Program-made: the position numbers and the translations under genes
In this document: positions 13,062 through 23,182 of the stretch, piece by piece
How the letters are laid out: each line of letters opens with the position of its first letter
Numbering within the stretch: the stretch's first letter is position 1
Notes under the pieces: model-generated
Databases searched by the model: none
Told to the model about the DNA's origin: nothing
Seen by the model: the letters and a program-made list of their open reading frames with translations, nothing else
DNA from: an uncultured Verrucomicrobiae bacterium
GTDB taxonomy: Bacteria > Verrucomicrobiota > Verrucomicrobiia > Chthoniobacterales > UBA10450
Direction of reading: 5' to 3'
NCBI GenBank assembly: GCA_963772365.1
Contig: CAVYXA010000001.1
Location: 864,001-928,000 of the forward strand
DNA: 64,000 nucleotides

Positions 13062-13286
13062 TTAGCGTCGATCGCTCGAACTGGCGCCCTGCAATTGGGA
13101 GAGCTGCTGACCCTGCTCCCATTTTTCCTGCTGGTTCCACGGAATGTTCGACTCCGCTCTTGCGTCAGGATCGTCAACTAAACGAGGCGTAGTCTTTGGG
13201 CTAACGCATGAACTCAGCACGAGCGACGCGCTGATGAGCAGCAATGGGCAAATCCTTTTTAGAAAATCAGGAACTCGGTCCGGCAT
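13062..13286 (-). CDS. Small putative lipoprotein
   Basis: Lipobox-like LVLSS|C; IPWNQQEKWE. Confidence 0.6.
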   Translation of the reverse strand: MPDRVPDFLKRICPLLLISASLVLSSCVSPKTTPRLVDDPDARAESNIPWNQQEKWEQGQQLSQLQGASSSDRR

Positions 13287-14076
13287 AAACTACAATATCG
13301 CCGCGTTCAACATGAGTGCCGCGGCCCAAACTTCTGGTGACTATATCGCCGATGGCAGTCGCAGGTTCAACTGAAGAGATGCGAATTTTGCCAATAACAA
13401 CACCATCGCGAACGACCAGCATTTCCGAATTTACTTCGACGCCCTGCCGACCGCCAAGATTGAGAACCACAAAATTGTAGGCTTGGTTCACCGCCATGAC
13501 CGTCCCGCGCACGCCAGGTTTCGCTCGGGCTGCGCTCCGGCGTTTCCGCTGATCTTCCAGTTGCGCGGTGCGTTCCCGCGCGGCGTGAAGCTTGTCTAGC
13601 AAAAACTTCTTCTCCTGTTCGGCACTCTCCAGCGCTTGCCGGGATTCATCGAGTTGCGCTTGCATTTCATTCGACGTCGCGGCTCCAGGAATTTCGCTGG
13701 CAGGTTTACCAGTGGCGTCCGTAATGTTTTTTTGCAACATCGTGATCTCCGCTTCATCCGCCTTGATTTTCGACCGAAGATCGGCTCGTTCCTTCTGCGC
13801 CCTCTCCAAATCGGCTTCCGCCCTAATCGCTCTCGACTCCGCCTTCGTGACCGCCTGCGCTGCATCGGACGCGATTGCTTCCCCGGTAGTGAGCGTGTTT
13901 ACATTGACGAGCGTCTCAGGGCGTTTTGGAGCAGCCTCGGTCTGCATGCTGACGTTTGACATTCCGGCGACAATCCCTTTCACCTTGAAATGGTTCACCA
14001 GGCTCAAGCCGGCTGCGACAATCAGCATCGACAGCGAAATTCCCACCAACGTTCTTGAGGTCTGAGCGGAAGTCAT
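13267..14076 (-). CDS. Membrane-anchored coiled-coil protein with C-terminal beta domain
   Basis: N-terminal TM, heptad-rich middle, C-terminal GTVMAVNQAYNFVVLNLG...IGKIRISSVE; ATG at 14076 preferred. Confidence 0.7.
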   Translation of the reverse strand: MTSAQTSRTLVGISLSMLIVAAGLSLVNHFKVKGIVAGMSNVSMQTEAAPKRPETLVNVNTLTTGEAIASDAAQAVTKAESRAIRAEADLERAQKERADLRSKIKADEAEITMLQKNITDATGKPASEIPGAATSNEMQAQLDESRQALESAEQEKKFLLDKLHAARERTAQLEDQRKRRSAARAKPGVRGTVMAVNQAYNFVVLNLGGRQGVEVNSEMLVVRDGVVIGKIRISSVEPATAIGDIVTRSLGRGTHVERGDIVVYAGPSS

Positions 14077-14212
14077 GGTTGCAAAAAACAGGGGGCGAGT
14101 TAAGCGAGAACCTCTCAAAAAAGCAATTCTGAATATTTGGCCAAAATATCTCTTCCCACGGACTCGAAATCCCATTGCGCGTGCGGGGCTTTCAAGCTAT
14201 ACGACCTGACCC

Positions 14213-14341
14213 ATGGGACAGCAGCATCGAGTTCGAACCAAACGCAAACGGCGAAAGGCATATCTCCAAAGGAAACGGGATGCGCGAAGGACGATGCAGG
14301 AAAAGCCAAAAGCGAAGCCGAAAAAACAACCTGCTGAATAA
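14213..14341 (+). CDS. Small basic protein, 42 aa
   Basis: MGQQHRVRTKRKRRKAYLQRKRDARRTMQEKPKAKPKKQPAE*; fills the gap between two minus-strand genes. Confidence 0.7.
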   Translation: MGQQHRVRTKRKRRKAYLQRKRDARRTMQEKPKAKPKKQPAE

Positions 14342-14350
14342 ACCCAGATG

Positions 14351-14779
14351 TCAGGCCGCGCCGGCGAGCGTCGGTTCCTGCCTGGCGCGCAACTGAGAAG
14401 TAGCCAGCACTCGGGCGAGCACGCAGTAAAGCTGCTCAATCGGCAAATTCTTACTCACGTAACCATTGGCGCCAGCCCGCAAAGCTGCATGCATCTGCTC
14501 CTCATCGTAGCCCACGCCGGTAAAGACGACGATGGGGATTTTGTCGTTGATCTCCCTGATGAAAGAAATGAGCGAGATACCATCGACTTTCGGCATTTTA
14601 AGATCGACAACCACGACGTCACAATCGTGGTGGGCGAGCCAATTCGCGGTCAAGAAACCATCGGTCAAAGCTTCGCAGGTATGGCCTTTTTGGCGGAGGT
14701 AGGTTATGAGGAAACGGGCAATGCCTGGATCATCGTCGATGATAAGGAATTGAGCGGAGTCCCGGGTCGGATCTTTCAT
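14351..14779 (-). CDS. Single-domain response regulator
   Basis: IIDDD, VVDLKMP, VFTG, GANGYVSK. Confidence 0.9.
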   Translation of the reverse strand: MKDPTRDSAQFLIIDDDPGIARFLITYLRQKGHTCEALTDGFLTANWLAHHDCDVVVVDLKMPKVDGISLISFIREINDKIPIVVFTGVGYDEEQMHAALRAGANGYVSKNLPIEQLYCVLARVLATSQLRARQEPTLAGAA

Positions 14780-14796
14780 GCTTATAATTATTAGAA

Positions 14797-14812
14797 AGCA
14801 CTAAGCTTGCCA
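14797..14812 (-). promoter_or_regulatory. Putative sigma54 -24/-12 promoter
   Basis: TGGCAAGCTTAGTGCT (GG-N10-GC), 18 nt before ATG 14779. Confidence 0.7.
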
Positions 14813-14883
14813 AGTTCCCTCCGGCCCTTTTACTCCCGGCGGTCTTACATGACACCCGGACTGAAGATTTCGCTCGGCGAACC

Positions 14884-15909
14884 CTATTTTCCCGTGTTTA
14901 ACCCGAGTTTTCGCTCGATTGCTTTTACGCGCTCGAAAAACTGCCCCAGCCGGCGGACCCAGGCGATTTGAATTTTCGCTTCCTTCAACGGAACGGAGGG
15001 CGTCGCCCACCAGATTCCTCCCTTCAGGTCTTTAGAAACCCCGGTTTGGGCTCCTATCATTGTGCCATCGCTGATCTCGATGTGGCCAATAATCCCAGCC
15101 TGACCGCCAATCATTACTCCCCGCCCAATCCGGACACTTCCGGCAACGCCGACCTGGGCGGCCAGCACGGAATTTTTTCCTATCACAACGTTGTGCGCGA
15201 TCTGAACGAGGTTGTCGATCTTGGCGCCTTCCTGAATCCAGGTGCGGCCAAAGCGTGCGCGATCGATGGTTGTGTTCGCACCGATTTCCACGTCATCATC
15301 GATCTGGACCATGCCGAGCTGCGGTATCTTTTTTTGCTGTCCCTGCTCGATCTCGAAACCGAACCCATCGGCGCCGATAACCGCGCCGCTGTGGATGATC
15401 ACACTCGCTCCAATCTGGGTGCGCTCGCGGATCGTCACTCGGGGGTAGATCACACAATCGGGGCCAATCGTTGTTTCGTGACCGATATAAGTTCCGGCAC
15501 CGATGATCGTATTATCACCGATGCGGACCCCTTGCTCGATCACCGCATACGGCTGAATTGAAACGCGCTGCCCGAGATTTGCTCCAGAATCGACAATGGC
15601 AGTGGAATGAATGCCAGGCTTAAATTTGATTGGCCTCGGCGCAAACTTGAGCACGACCTGCTCAAACGCCTTCGTGGGATTTGCCACCCGGATTTGCGAG
15701 CCAACAATTTTCTCGCGGAAATCAGCGGGAACAAAAGCGGCTGAAGCGCCGGTTTTGCGAAACGCTGCGAGATACCGTGGATTCCCGTAGAACGTGATCT
15801 CGCCGGGAGTGGCTTCATTCACCGACGCCACGCCAGTGATTTTCTCCTCGGGATTACCTTCCAGTTCGCCGCCGCACATCGCGGCCAGTTGGCCAAGTGT
15901 GAAAGTCAC
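14884..15909 (-). CDS. lpxD: UDP-3-O-acylglucosamine N-acyltransferase
   Basis: Hexapeptide repeats, IGADGFGF, GANTTIDR, KIDNLVQIAHNV. Confidence 0.96.
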   Translation of the reverse strand: MTFTLGQLAAMCGGELEGNPEEKITGVASVNEATPGEITFYGNPRYLAAFRKTGASAAFVPADFREKIVGSQIRVANPTKAFEQVVLKFAPRPIKFKPGIHSTAIVDSGANLGQRVSIQPYAVIEQGVRIGDNTIIGAGTYIGHETTIGPDCVIYPRVTIRERTQIGASVIIHSGAVIGADGFGFEIEQGQQKKIPQLGMVQIDDDVEIGANTTIDRARFGRTWIQEGAKIDNLVQIAHNVVIGKNSVLAAQVGVAGSVRIGRGVMIGGQAGIIGHIEISDGTMIGAQTGVSKDLKGGIWWATPSVPLKEAKIQIAWVRRLGQFFERVKAIERKLGLNTGK

Positions 15910-15952
15910 AGTAGCACTTCATTCCGGGCAAGGGGCAGCGGCATAACGCGGA

Positions 15953-16920
15953 TCATTTGGCCACGCTCGCCCGCACTTCGTCCAATTTGCCGGCCGAACC
16001 AAGCTTTTCGTTCTTGTGGGCAATAAAGTTTGCGTATTCCTGGACGAAAATTTTTCCGGATCGCGAAAATCGAATTTCTCGGGATGATCGCGGAAAAATT
16101 CCCGATGCACCCGAGTCCAAACCAGACGGCCATCCGTGTCGATGTTGACTTTGGTCACGCCCAGTTTTGCCGCGGGAAGGTATTCCTCCTCGTTCACTCC
16201 GCGGGCTGAAGGATCGAGTTTACCTCCGGCAGCGTTGATTCGCTCGACTTCCGATTTGGGAACACTCGATGAGCCGTGCATCACAATCGGCGTCGGCGGC
16301 AAACCGGCGGCCTTCACCTTGTCACGGATTCCCTCGATTACTTCGAAATGCAGGGATTGCGTGCCTTTGAATTTGTAGGCCCCATGGCTCGTGCCGATCG
16401 CCGCCGCCAACGAATCACATTTGGTTTGTTTAATAAACTCGACCGCTTCGTCCGGGTTGGTGAGACAGGCGTGTTTTTCATCCACACTGATGTCTTCCTC
16501 GACTCCACCCAGCATCCCGAGCTCCGCTTCAACGCTGATGCCCTTGGCGTGCGCACGCTCGACCACGCGTTTCGTGATCGCGACATTTTCCTCAAAGGAC
16601 TCGTGACTGGCATCGATCATCACCGAGCTGTAGAAGCCGGACTCAATGCAATCGTAGCAAGCTTCTTCATCTCCATGATCGAGATGCACGGCGAAAATTG
16701 CCTCCGGGAAAATCTCCTCCGCCGCCCGGATGATGGCTTCGAGCATGCTTTTTTCGGCGTATTTCCGGGCGCCTTTGGAAAGCTGGATGATAAATGGCGC
16801 CTTGCTTTGGACATTGCCGCGGAACAATCCGAGACATTGTTCCATGTTGTTGATGTTATATGCGCCGACAGCAAATTTACCGTAGGCGACTTTATAAAGC
16901 TGAGCGGTAGTAACAATCAT
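15953..16920 (-). CDS. fba: Class II fructose-bisphosphate aldolase (frameshift ~16055)
   Basis: VHLDHG, SVMIDAS, EAELG, GTSHGAYK, VMHGSS, KVNIDTD; corrected end KLGSAGKLDEVRASVAK*. Confidence 0.93.
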
Positions 16921-17034
16921 ACGGTTAGGATGTCGATTTTACGCCGGGCGCGCAAACAGAGATCGCATCTTACGCGGAAATTCCAGCAACGCCACTGTCG
17001 GCTCATCCCGAGCGACTCGAAAGAAACGATTTTG

Positions 17035-19070
17035 TCAATGTCCGTTGCGGCTGGCGGGCAGGATGACGTTGACCAGTGTGCCATGCGAGGAAGAATCGAT
17101 TTCGACCCGGCCATGATGATCAAAGACGGTGCGTTTCACGATAGGCAGGCCAAGACCGATGCCACGCGGTTTGGTCGTGCAAAATGGAGAAAAGACTTTC
17201 TCCTTCATTTCCGGCGCGATTCCTCGCCCATTATCACGAACTGTGACCATCACTCCCGTTGCCCGCTTCCCCGCCCGGAGCGATTTGGCTGAAAGCGTGA
17301 TGCGTGGCTTGTTTTTGCCTGATAAAGCCTCAGCCGCGTTAGCGACCAGATGCGCGAATGCTTCGGCCAATGCGGTTTCGTCGCCAAAAACTTTGGGCAG
17401 ATCCTTGGGCAGGGACATTTCCACAAGCAATCCGCCATCGGTGCGAAACTGGTCTTTAGCCATGTTGATCCCTTTCTGCAACGCGCCGCGGACATCGAGC
17501 GGCTTCAACACCAGTTCTGGTGGATGAGCAAAAGTGTTGATCTGAGTAATGATCTTATCGAGGCGATCAATCTCTCTCAGAACGATCTGGTTGAATTCCT
17601 TCCGGAAATCTTTGTCGTCGAAGCGTTCCGGGAGCAATTGAGCAAAGGTCTTGATCGCGACGAGCGGATTGCGAATTTCGTGCGACATACTGGCGGCCAA
17701 ATCGCTCCAGAAGGCAGCGCGCTCGGCCAGCGCTTCCTTGTCCCGGAGTGTTTGCTCGGCAGTGAGATCCTCAATGACTGCGACGGCGCCGAGTAACTTG
17801 CCAGCATCGATAAGTCGCCGCGCCTGTACCGAAATTTTTCGCCGCGTTTGATGGTCCGTCCATTCTTCTATGAGGGGATCCTCTTTCGCATCCAGAGTTT
17901 CGCGCAGCATTCCGGCCAGTCTACTGCCAGCCGCCTCAACTGCGTGATTCAAAACATATTCACTGGAAAAGCCAAGAATCTGTTCTGCGGTCGGATTTAG
18001 CCAGCGAACAATGCCTTCCTGATCGGTTGCGATGATGCCGGGAGGAATGGCCTTGAGCAGGGTTTCAGCGAGAGTCTTCTGCAACGTTGTCTCTTCGTGC
18101 AGAAGCGCGTTCTCCAGCACAGTCGAAACGTGCTCGGCCAGCATCATCACCACTTCCAGATCGCGATCATCGAAACCCTGGCCATTGAAACGCTGGCCGA
18201 AAAACATCCAGCCAAGAATTTCATCGCGCGCAAACAATGGGATGATCGCTTCCGCGCCAAACGAATCCAGCGCTCGCCGCATAAGAGCGCGCTCTTTCTC
18301 CTCCGGTGTCTGAATGAGATTCTCTCGTGAAATGATCAAGGCCCGCCTCTCGAACCAACGCACCAGTGGATCGCGCTCGCCAAATTCCAGCTCGTAGGTT
18401 TCGCGCAGGCAACGCAGACCCGCGCGAAAGCGGTAATTTCCGTCTTGCGCGCTACGGGAAAAAATGCCGACTCGCGTCACCCCTGCGGCATCGGCGAAAC
18501 TTTCCACGACGTTGGCCAAAAGAAGATCGACATTGTCAAACCGGCGAAACACGCGCGGAAAGCGGAGCAAGGAAAACGAAACGCCGCCGCCGGGACGGCT
18601 CGGCGGAGAAACATCGACTGCATTTGCCAGTGCGGGAGACGTTACCTGCCCGCCGTAACTTTGATGAAGTTTCGTCGATCTTTCGCGGAGATCACGATTT
18701 TCCTGCAAGACTTGGAGATGCTCGAAAGCTCTCCGGGCTATTGCCTGGAAACGGCGTCGGTCTACCTCCAACTTTTCCGTTGCATAGATTTCAAGCTGCT
18801 CGGCTTCGCGAAATGGGTCGGACCCCGGAATGCCGAGGGCGATGATTAATACATCGGGCCATTCGCTTTGCACCAACTCGAGAAGATCGCCGCTTCCCGG
18901 GCTCGCAAATCCATGATGAGAATCGCCGAGCCGGCCTGATGAAGCACTGGCTCGAGGCGTTGCGGCTCGGTCACGTGACGGACCTGCGAGAATGATCTCA
19001 GGTAAACTTTGATTCGTCGGCTAAGATCGGGGTCCTGGGTGTACAGAATGGAAGCGTGCGAAGGAGTCAT
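17035..19070 (-). CDS. Cytoplasmic histidine kinase: degenerate REC-like, GAF, PAS, HisKA, HATPase (frameshift ~18880)
   Basis: [28 protein letters not shown]-terminus in ORF 18846-19070. Confidence 0.88.
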
Positions 19071-21577
19071 GCCGCCGCCACCTCTCGGTCGAACCTGACC
19101 AGCGGAAGCATGATATGAAATGCAGTTCCCTTCTGCAGTTCACTTTCAACCTCGATCTGGCCCCCGTGCTCTTGAATGATTCCGTGTACAACGGATAGCC
19201 CTAATCCCGTGCCATAATCTTTTGTTGTGAAAAACGGATCGAAAACGTGAGCGATATCCTCGCTGCGTATTCCTTCCCCGGTATCTCGAATCGTGACACA
19301 AAGCACTTCCGCCGTGTCTCCGTTAGGCGAAGCTGTCCCTGAGCCCCATTGATCGTCTGTGCGAATTTCCGTAGCCACGCTCAGTTCGCCCCCATTTTTC
19401 ATCGCATCCATTGCATTAATAAAAAAATTCAGAAAAACCTGTTCCAGCTGATCCGAGTCGGCCCGTATTGTATCAACATTGGCGTCAAAAAAACGAGATA
19501 ATTTAACCTGCTTCTGCTGGAGCCGGTGATCCACGAGGCGGAGTGATTTCTCCAGAATTTCATGGACGTGCATCGGCTTGAGAACCGGCTTGGCCGGACG
19601 GGCGAACCGAAGCAATTGATTGACCAGACTGTCGATCCGTTCGATCTCATGGCCAATGAGGTTCGAGAACGTTTCCCGAAAATCCGAGTCCTGATAGCGT
19701 TCCGGCAGCAACTGAGCAAAGGTCTTGATGGAAACCAACGGGTTTTTGATTTCGTGCGCCATTCCGGCCGAAAGCGTGCCCAGGCTGGCCAGGCGATCGC
19801 TCCGGCGAATCTGCAATTCCAGCCGTTTAATTGAAGTCACATCCGTAAGCACCAGCAACGCCCCCAACATCTCCTGCTCCTGACCGTGGAAAACGGATGT
19901 GCTGGCTCTCACAACCACAGCCTCATCGTCGAAACGCAAAACGATTTCCCGATCCACCCGGTTCTCGCCTGTGTTCAGGGTTTCACGCAACTGTTCGGCC
20001 AATGACCGGGGGAGATCATCGAGCGACGCATCCACCATTTCATTGGGATCGATTCCGATGATCTGACCCGCTTCGTTGTTGAAAACGGTGATCCGCTCGT
20101 CTGTTCCGACCGCGATTACGCCGCTGGTCAGTTTTTCCAGCAAGGTTTCATTATAAATCTTCGCGTTTTGCACCTCGGTGAAGAGTTCTGCGTTTTCAAT
20201 CGCGACCGCGAGTTGTCCGCATAGAACCTGCAAGGCATTCTGCTCGACAGTTCCATAGATTCGCCCCGAGCGTCGCGCACCAAGCAAAAGGAGCCCGGCC
20301 AGTTGATCGCGAGCATAAATGCCCATGGCCAGCGCGATCTGGAGCGAATCTAACTGTCGCATCACACGGCGAAGCTCCGGCGTCGATCGGATTCGGTGCA
20401 ACTCGTCCAGGACAAGTGGTTCGCGACTTGAAGAAAGCTGCTCAATTGTGGCCTGATCTCGTGTCAGTTCCAATCGATAATGGGAACCAGGATCGACAGC
20501 CGGATACGCCTGGGAAAAGGCATGTTTTTGCGGCAACAAAATAAAGACGCGATCGGTCTCGACTGCTTCGGCCACAGTATTGGCGAATCGATCGAGCAGA
20601 TCGCTTAGAGTAGTGACGGAGCTAAGAATTTTCGCAGCTTTACTGACCGTCGCGCGAAAATCGAGCTGATGAGGCCGAATAAAAAGCCGTTCGGCCAAAC
20701 GTTGCGAGATGCCACGTGCCGGAGCCATCGCAATAGCGACAACGATGGCCGCTGCGACATGCGCGATGGAACGATGATTAGGATTGGAACCAACAACTGT
20801 TGAAACGAGCCACCAAACCACGGCGTAAACGGCGAGAAGATACCCCACGAGCAACCCGTAGGAAATCGAGCGCCGCAAAAGCAACCCCACATCCATGATC
20901 TTCTGCGTGGCAATCCCATAGGCGATTACAAGGCTGAACACTACAATTCGAAACGGAGCCAGCAGAGCCAGCTCCGATCGATCAACGAACAGTCCCAGAG
21001 CAAAAGACAACAGGGTGGTGACGACGGCTACACCAGCTCCAATGAGTATAAACGCAAGCTCGGCGCGCTTACCTGCCGTAACTTTTCTCAAGTCATTCGT
21101 GTAATTGACCATCACTGCGAGTCCGGCGATCCCAAAGTAACCAAAATAAACAATCGATGAGTGCTTGTGATAGATGGGAAGAATGGCTCCGGTGTGCTCG
21201 GAAAAACGCCCGCCTGCCAGAAACCAACTTGTTTGGCAAAATGCAGCCACAGCAGCATAACCAACCCACCAAATCCACGAATTGCGCAGCAGTTGCCACC
21301 AAGACCGCTCGCTGTATTTGATCGAAAGCCTCAGCAGGTTGAAGAGCGGCAGGGTAAGCGCTCCCATTGCCGATGCCTCGCGGATATAAAAGGCGGCAGT
21401 TAGAACGGTCTTGGCATTAAATGTTAGACACAAGCTCCCTAGCCATCCGCCAATAGCCAGAGACAAAAAAAGAAAACACTGATTCGACTTTCGCCTGGGA
21501 TTAGCCTGAAATACGATGGCACCCAGCGCGAGTTGAACGATAATCGCGGTAAGTGTGGGCGTGACGGCGCTGCTCAT
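19067..21577 (-). CDS. Multi-TM sensor histidine kinase with GAF and PAS (PrsK-like architecture)
   Basis: ~8-9 hydrophobic segments, GAF (LLLLGARRSG), PAS, AHEIKNPL, DTGEG, FDPFFTTK, GTGLGL. Confidence 0.92.
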   Translation of the reverse strand: MSSAVTPTLTAIIVQLALGAIVFQANPRRKSNQCFLFLSLAIGGWLGSLCLTFNAKTVLTAAFYIREASAMGALTLPLFNLLRLSIKYSERSWWQLLRNSWIWWVGYAAVAAFCQTSWFLAGGRFSEHTGAILPIYHKHSSIVYFGYFGIAGLAVMVNYTNDLRKVTAGKRAELAFILIGAGVAVVTTLLSFALGLFVDRSELALLAPFRIVVFSLVIAYGIATQKIMDVGLLLRRSISYGLLVGYLLAVYAVVWWLVSTVVGSNPNHRSIAHVAAAIVVAIAMAPARGISQRLAERLFIRPHQLDFRATVSKAAKILSSVTTLSDLLDRFANTVAEAVETDRVFILLPQKHAFSQAYPAVDPGSHYRLELTRDQATIEQLSSSREPLVLDELHRIRSTPELRRVMRQLDSLQIALAMGIYARDQLAGLLLLGARRSGRIYGTVEQNALQVLCGQLAVAIENAELFTEVQNAKIYNETLLEKLTSGVIAVGTDERITVFNNEAGQIIGIDPNEMVDASLDDLPRSLAEQLRETLNTGENRVDREIVLRFDDEAVVVRASTSVFHGQEQEMLGALLVLTDVTSIKRLELQIRRSDRLASLGTLSAGMAHEIKNPLVSIKTFAQLLPERYQDSDFRETFSNLIGHEIERIDSLVNQLLRFARPAKPVLKPMHVHEILEKSLRLVDHRLQQKQVKLSRFFDANVDTIRADSDQLEQVFLNFFINAMDAMKNGGELSVATEIRTDDQWGSGTASPNGDTAEVLCVTIRDTGEGIRSEDIAHVFDPFFTTKDYGTGLGLSVVHGIIQEHGGQIEVESELQKGTAFHIMLPLVRFDREVAAA

Positions 21578-22818
21578 CCAGGTTGAACACGATTTACGAT
21601 CATTGTGCTAGCGGTCCCGCCGAGGCCGCGGACGTTGATTAAAGCCCGGTCGATCTTAGTTTTTCGCGGCCGAAACTGAACAAAATCGAGCTCGAAGCTC
21701 GGGTCCATAACTTCGCAGTTGGCCGTCGGCGGGATAACTTGATCCCGCAGGGTTAACGCACAAGCGGCTACTTGAAATGGGCCAGCAGCAGAGAGGGCAT
21801 TGCCCGTGACGCCTTTGATTGAGCTGACAGCGGTACGATAGACAGACGCTCCAAAAACTTTCTTTAAGAGCTCGACTTCTATTGCATCTAGTTGCGGATG
21901 GCCCGGTCCGTACGCCGAAACGTAGTCGATGTCGGTCGGAAACAACCCACTATTGGCAAGCGCGAGTAGCATTGAATCTTCCAAGCCGGATGCGGGTTTC
22001 GTGGTGTCGCGATCACGGCACTTGCCACAGCCTAGGACTTCTAAATAGATGTTCGCACCACGCGCGACCGCACAATCAAATTCTTCCAGCACGAAAACGG
22101 CAGACCCCTCCGAAATCACACCTGAGTCACGTTCTAGATCGAAAGGTCGGCTTGCCTTTCCCGGTTCGCTGTTCCGATAAGAAGCCAAACCACCTGCAAT
22201 AAAGCTTCCCATGACTAGTGGAGTGATCGGAGCATCCGTACCGCCAGCAATTGCCAATTCCGCGCGACCAGAGCGAATTAAAGCAGCAGCATCAGCCATT
22301 GCATCCAGCCCCGATGTACAAGCGGAAGATACAGTAGCGGCGTTTGCAGAAGCTCCAATTCGATCAGCGATGACATTGGCGGGCGTTGATGGAATTGCCG
22401 CAGCCGAGGTCGTTGTCGCCATCCGATTGGGTCCATGCGCGTTTGTCGATTGATACGCGGTCTCGATTAAGTCCATTGCGTTCATACTCACTCCAATCAC
22501 AATTGGCACCGGGCTTGGCAGCTTAGGCCGAATCGGATCCAGCCCGGCATCTTCCAATGCCATCATGGTTGCCGCGTAGGCCAACTGTGTATGGCGCGCC
22601 ATGCGTTTGGGCTTGAGTTCCGGTTCGATGTAGTCGAGCGGATCGAAATTCTTTACTTCTCCGGCAATGCGGCTTTTGAAATCGCTCGCATCAAACAAGG
22701 TGATTGGTCCGATACCGCTCCGCCCGGCCAAAAGCGATTCCCAAAACGGCTCAATACCGATTCCGTTTGGGGCAACAATACCCATGCCGGTGATAACAAC
22801 TCGATTCTGCCTGGTCAT
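21574..22818 (-). CDS. FabF-fold beta-ketoacyl synthase homolog with atypical active site
   Basis: RVVITGMG, SSACTSG, ASRPFD, SEG; SAYGPGH and KGVTGN replace the His motifs. Confidence 0.9.
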   Translation of the reverse strand: MTRQNRVVITGMGIVAPNGIGIEPFWESLLAGRSGIGPITLFDASDFKSRIAGEVKNFDPLDYIEPELKPKRMARHTQLAYAATMMALEDAGLDPIRPKLPSPVPIVIGVSMNAMDLIETAYQSTNAHGPNRMATTTSAAAIPSTPANVIADRIGASANAATVSSACTSGLDAMADAAALIRSGRAELAIAGGTDAPITPLVMGSFIAGGLASYRNSEPGKASRPFDLERDSGVISEGSAVFVLEEFDCAVARGANIYLEVLGCGKCRDRDTTKPASGLEDSMLLALANSGLFPTDIDYVSAYGPGHPQLDAIEVELLKKVFGASVYRTAVSSIKGVTGNALSAAGPFQVAACALTLRDQVIPPTANCEVMDPSFELDFVQFRPRKTKIDRALINVRGLGGTASTMIVNRVQPG

Positions 22819-22991
22819 GCGTGCACAACGTTACACAACTGAGGTAGCAAAAAAACAACCCGATTGTCGATCTTGATCCAAATGATCTAAAAAAAGTGGA
22901 TAGTCGCCGGGAAAGATCGGCCTCTCGCGCCGGATTCTAGAAAGTATATCACGTCCAGTCATTATGTTCTTTTTCCGAAACTAGAGCCGCG

Positions 22992-23021
22992 TTATTCACA
23001 AACAAATCTCACTTATTCACA
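22992..23021 (+). promoter_or_regulatory. Direct repeat TTATTCACA x2 (DnaA-box consensus or activator site)
   Basis: Copies at 22992-23000 and 23013-23021, 21-bp period. Confidence 0.55.
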
Positions 23022-23142
23022 AATCGCAGCTTGCGCGCCAACCAAAAGCATTTCAACATTGGCCCCAGCTATGGCCCCCCAGCCTTTCCTTACCAGGCGG
23101 CATCGTGATCGAATCCCCAGAGTTTTCATCTATGTCCGTCTG

Positions 23143-23158
23143 CGGCACGCCGTTAGCT
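23143..23158 (+). promoter_or_regulatory. Putative sigma54 promoter
   Basis: CGGCACGCCGTTAGCT (GG-N10-GC), 25 nt before ATG 23183. Confidence 0.55.
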
Positions 23159-23182
23159 TCTACTCCCGTTGCCTACACACAC

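Noticed and set aside
388..18900. Frameshifts in glgB, xseA, ruvB, purH, the AraC gene, fba and a kinase as pseudogenes or programmed recoding
   Set aside because: They hit many conserved housekeeping genes as single-base indels with motifs otherwise intact, which fits sequencing or consensus error; read mapping would settle it
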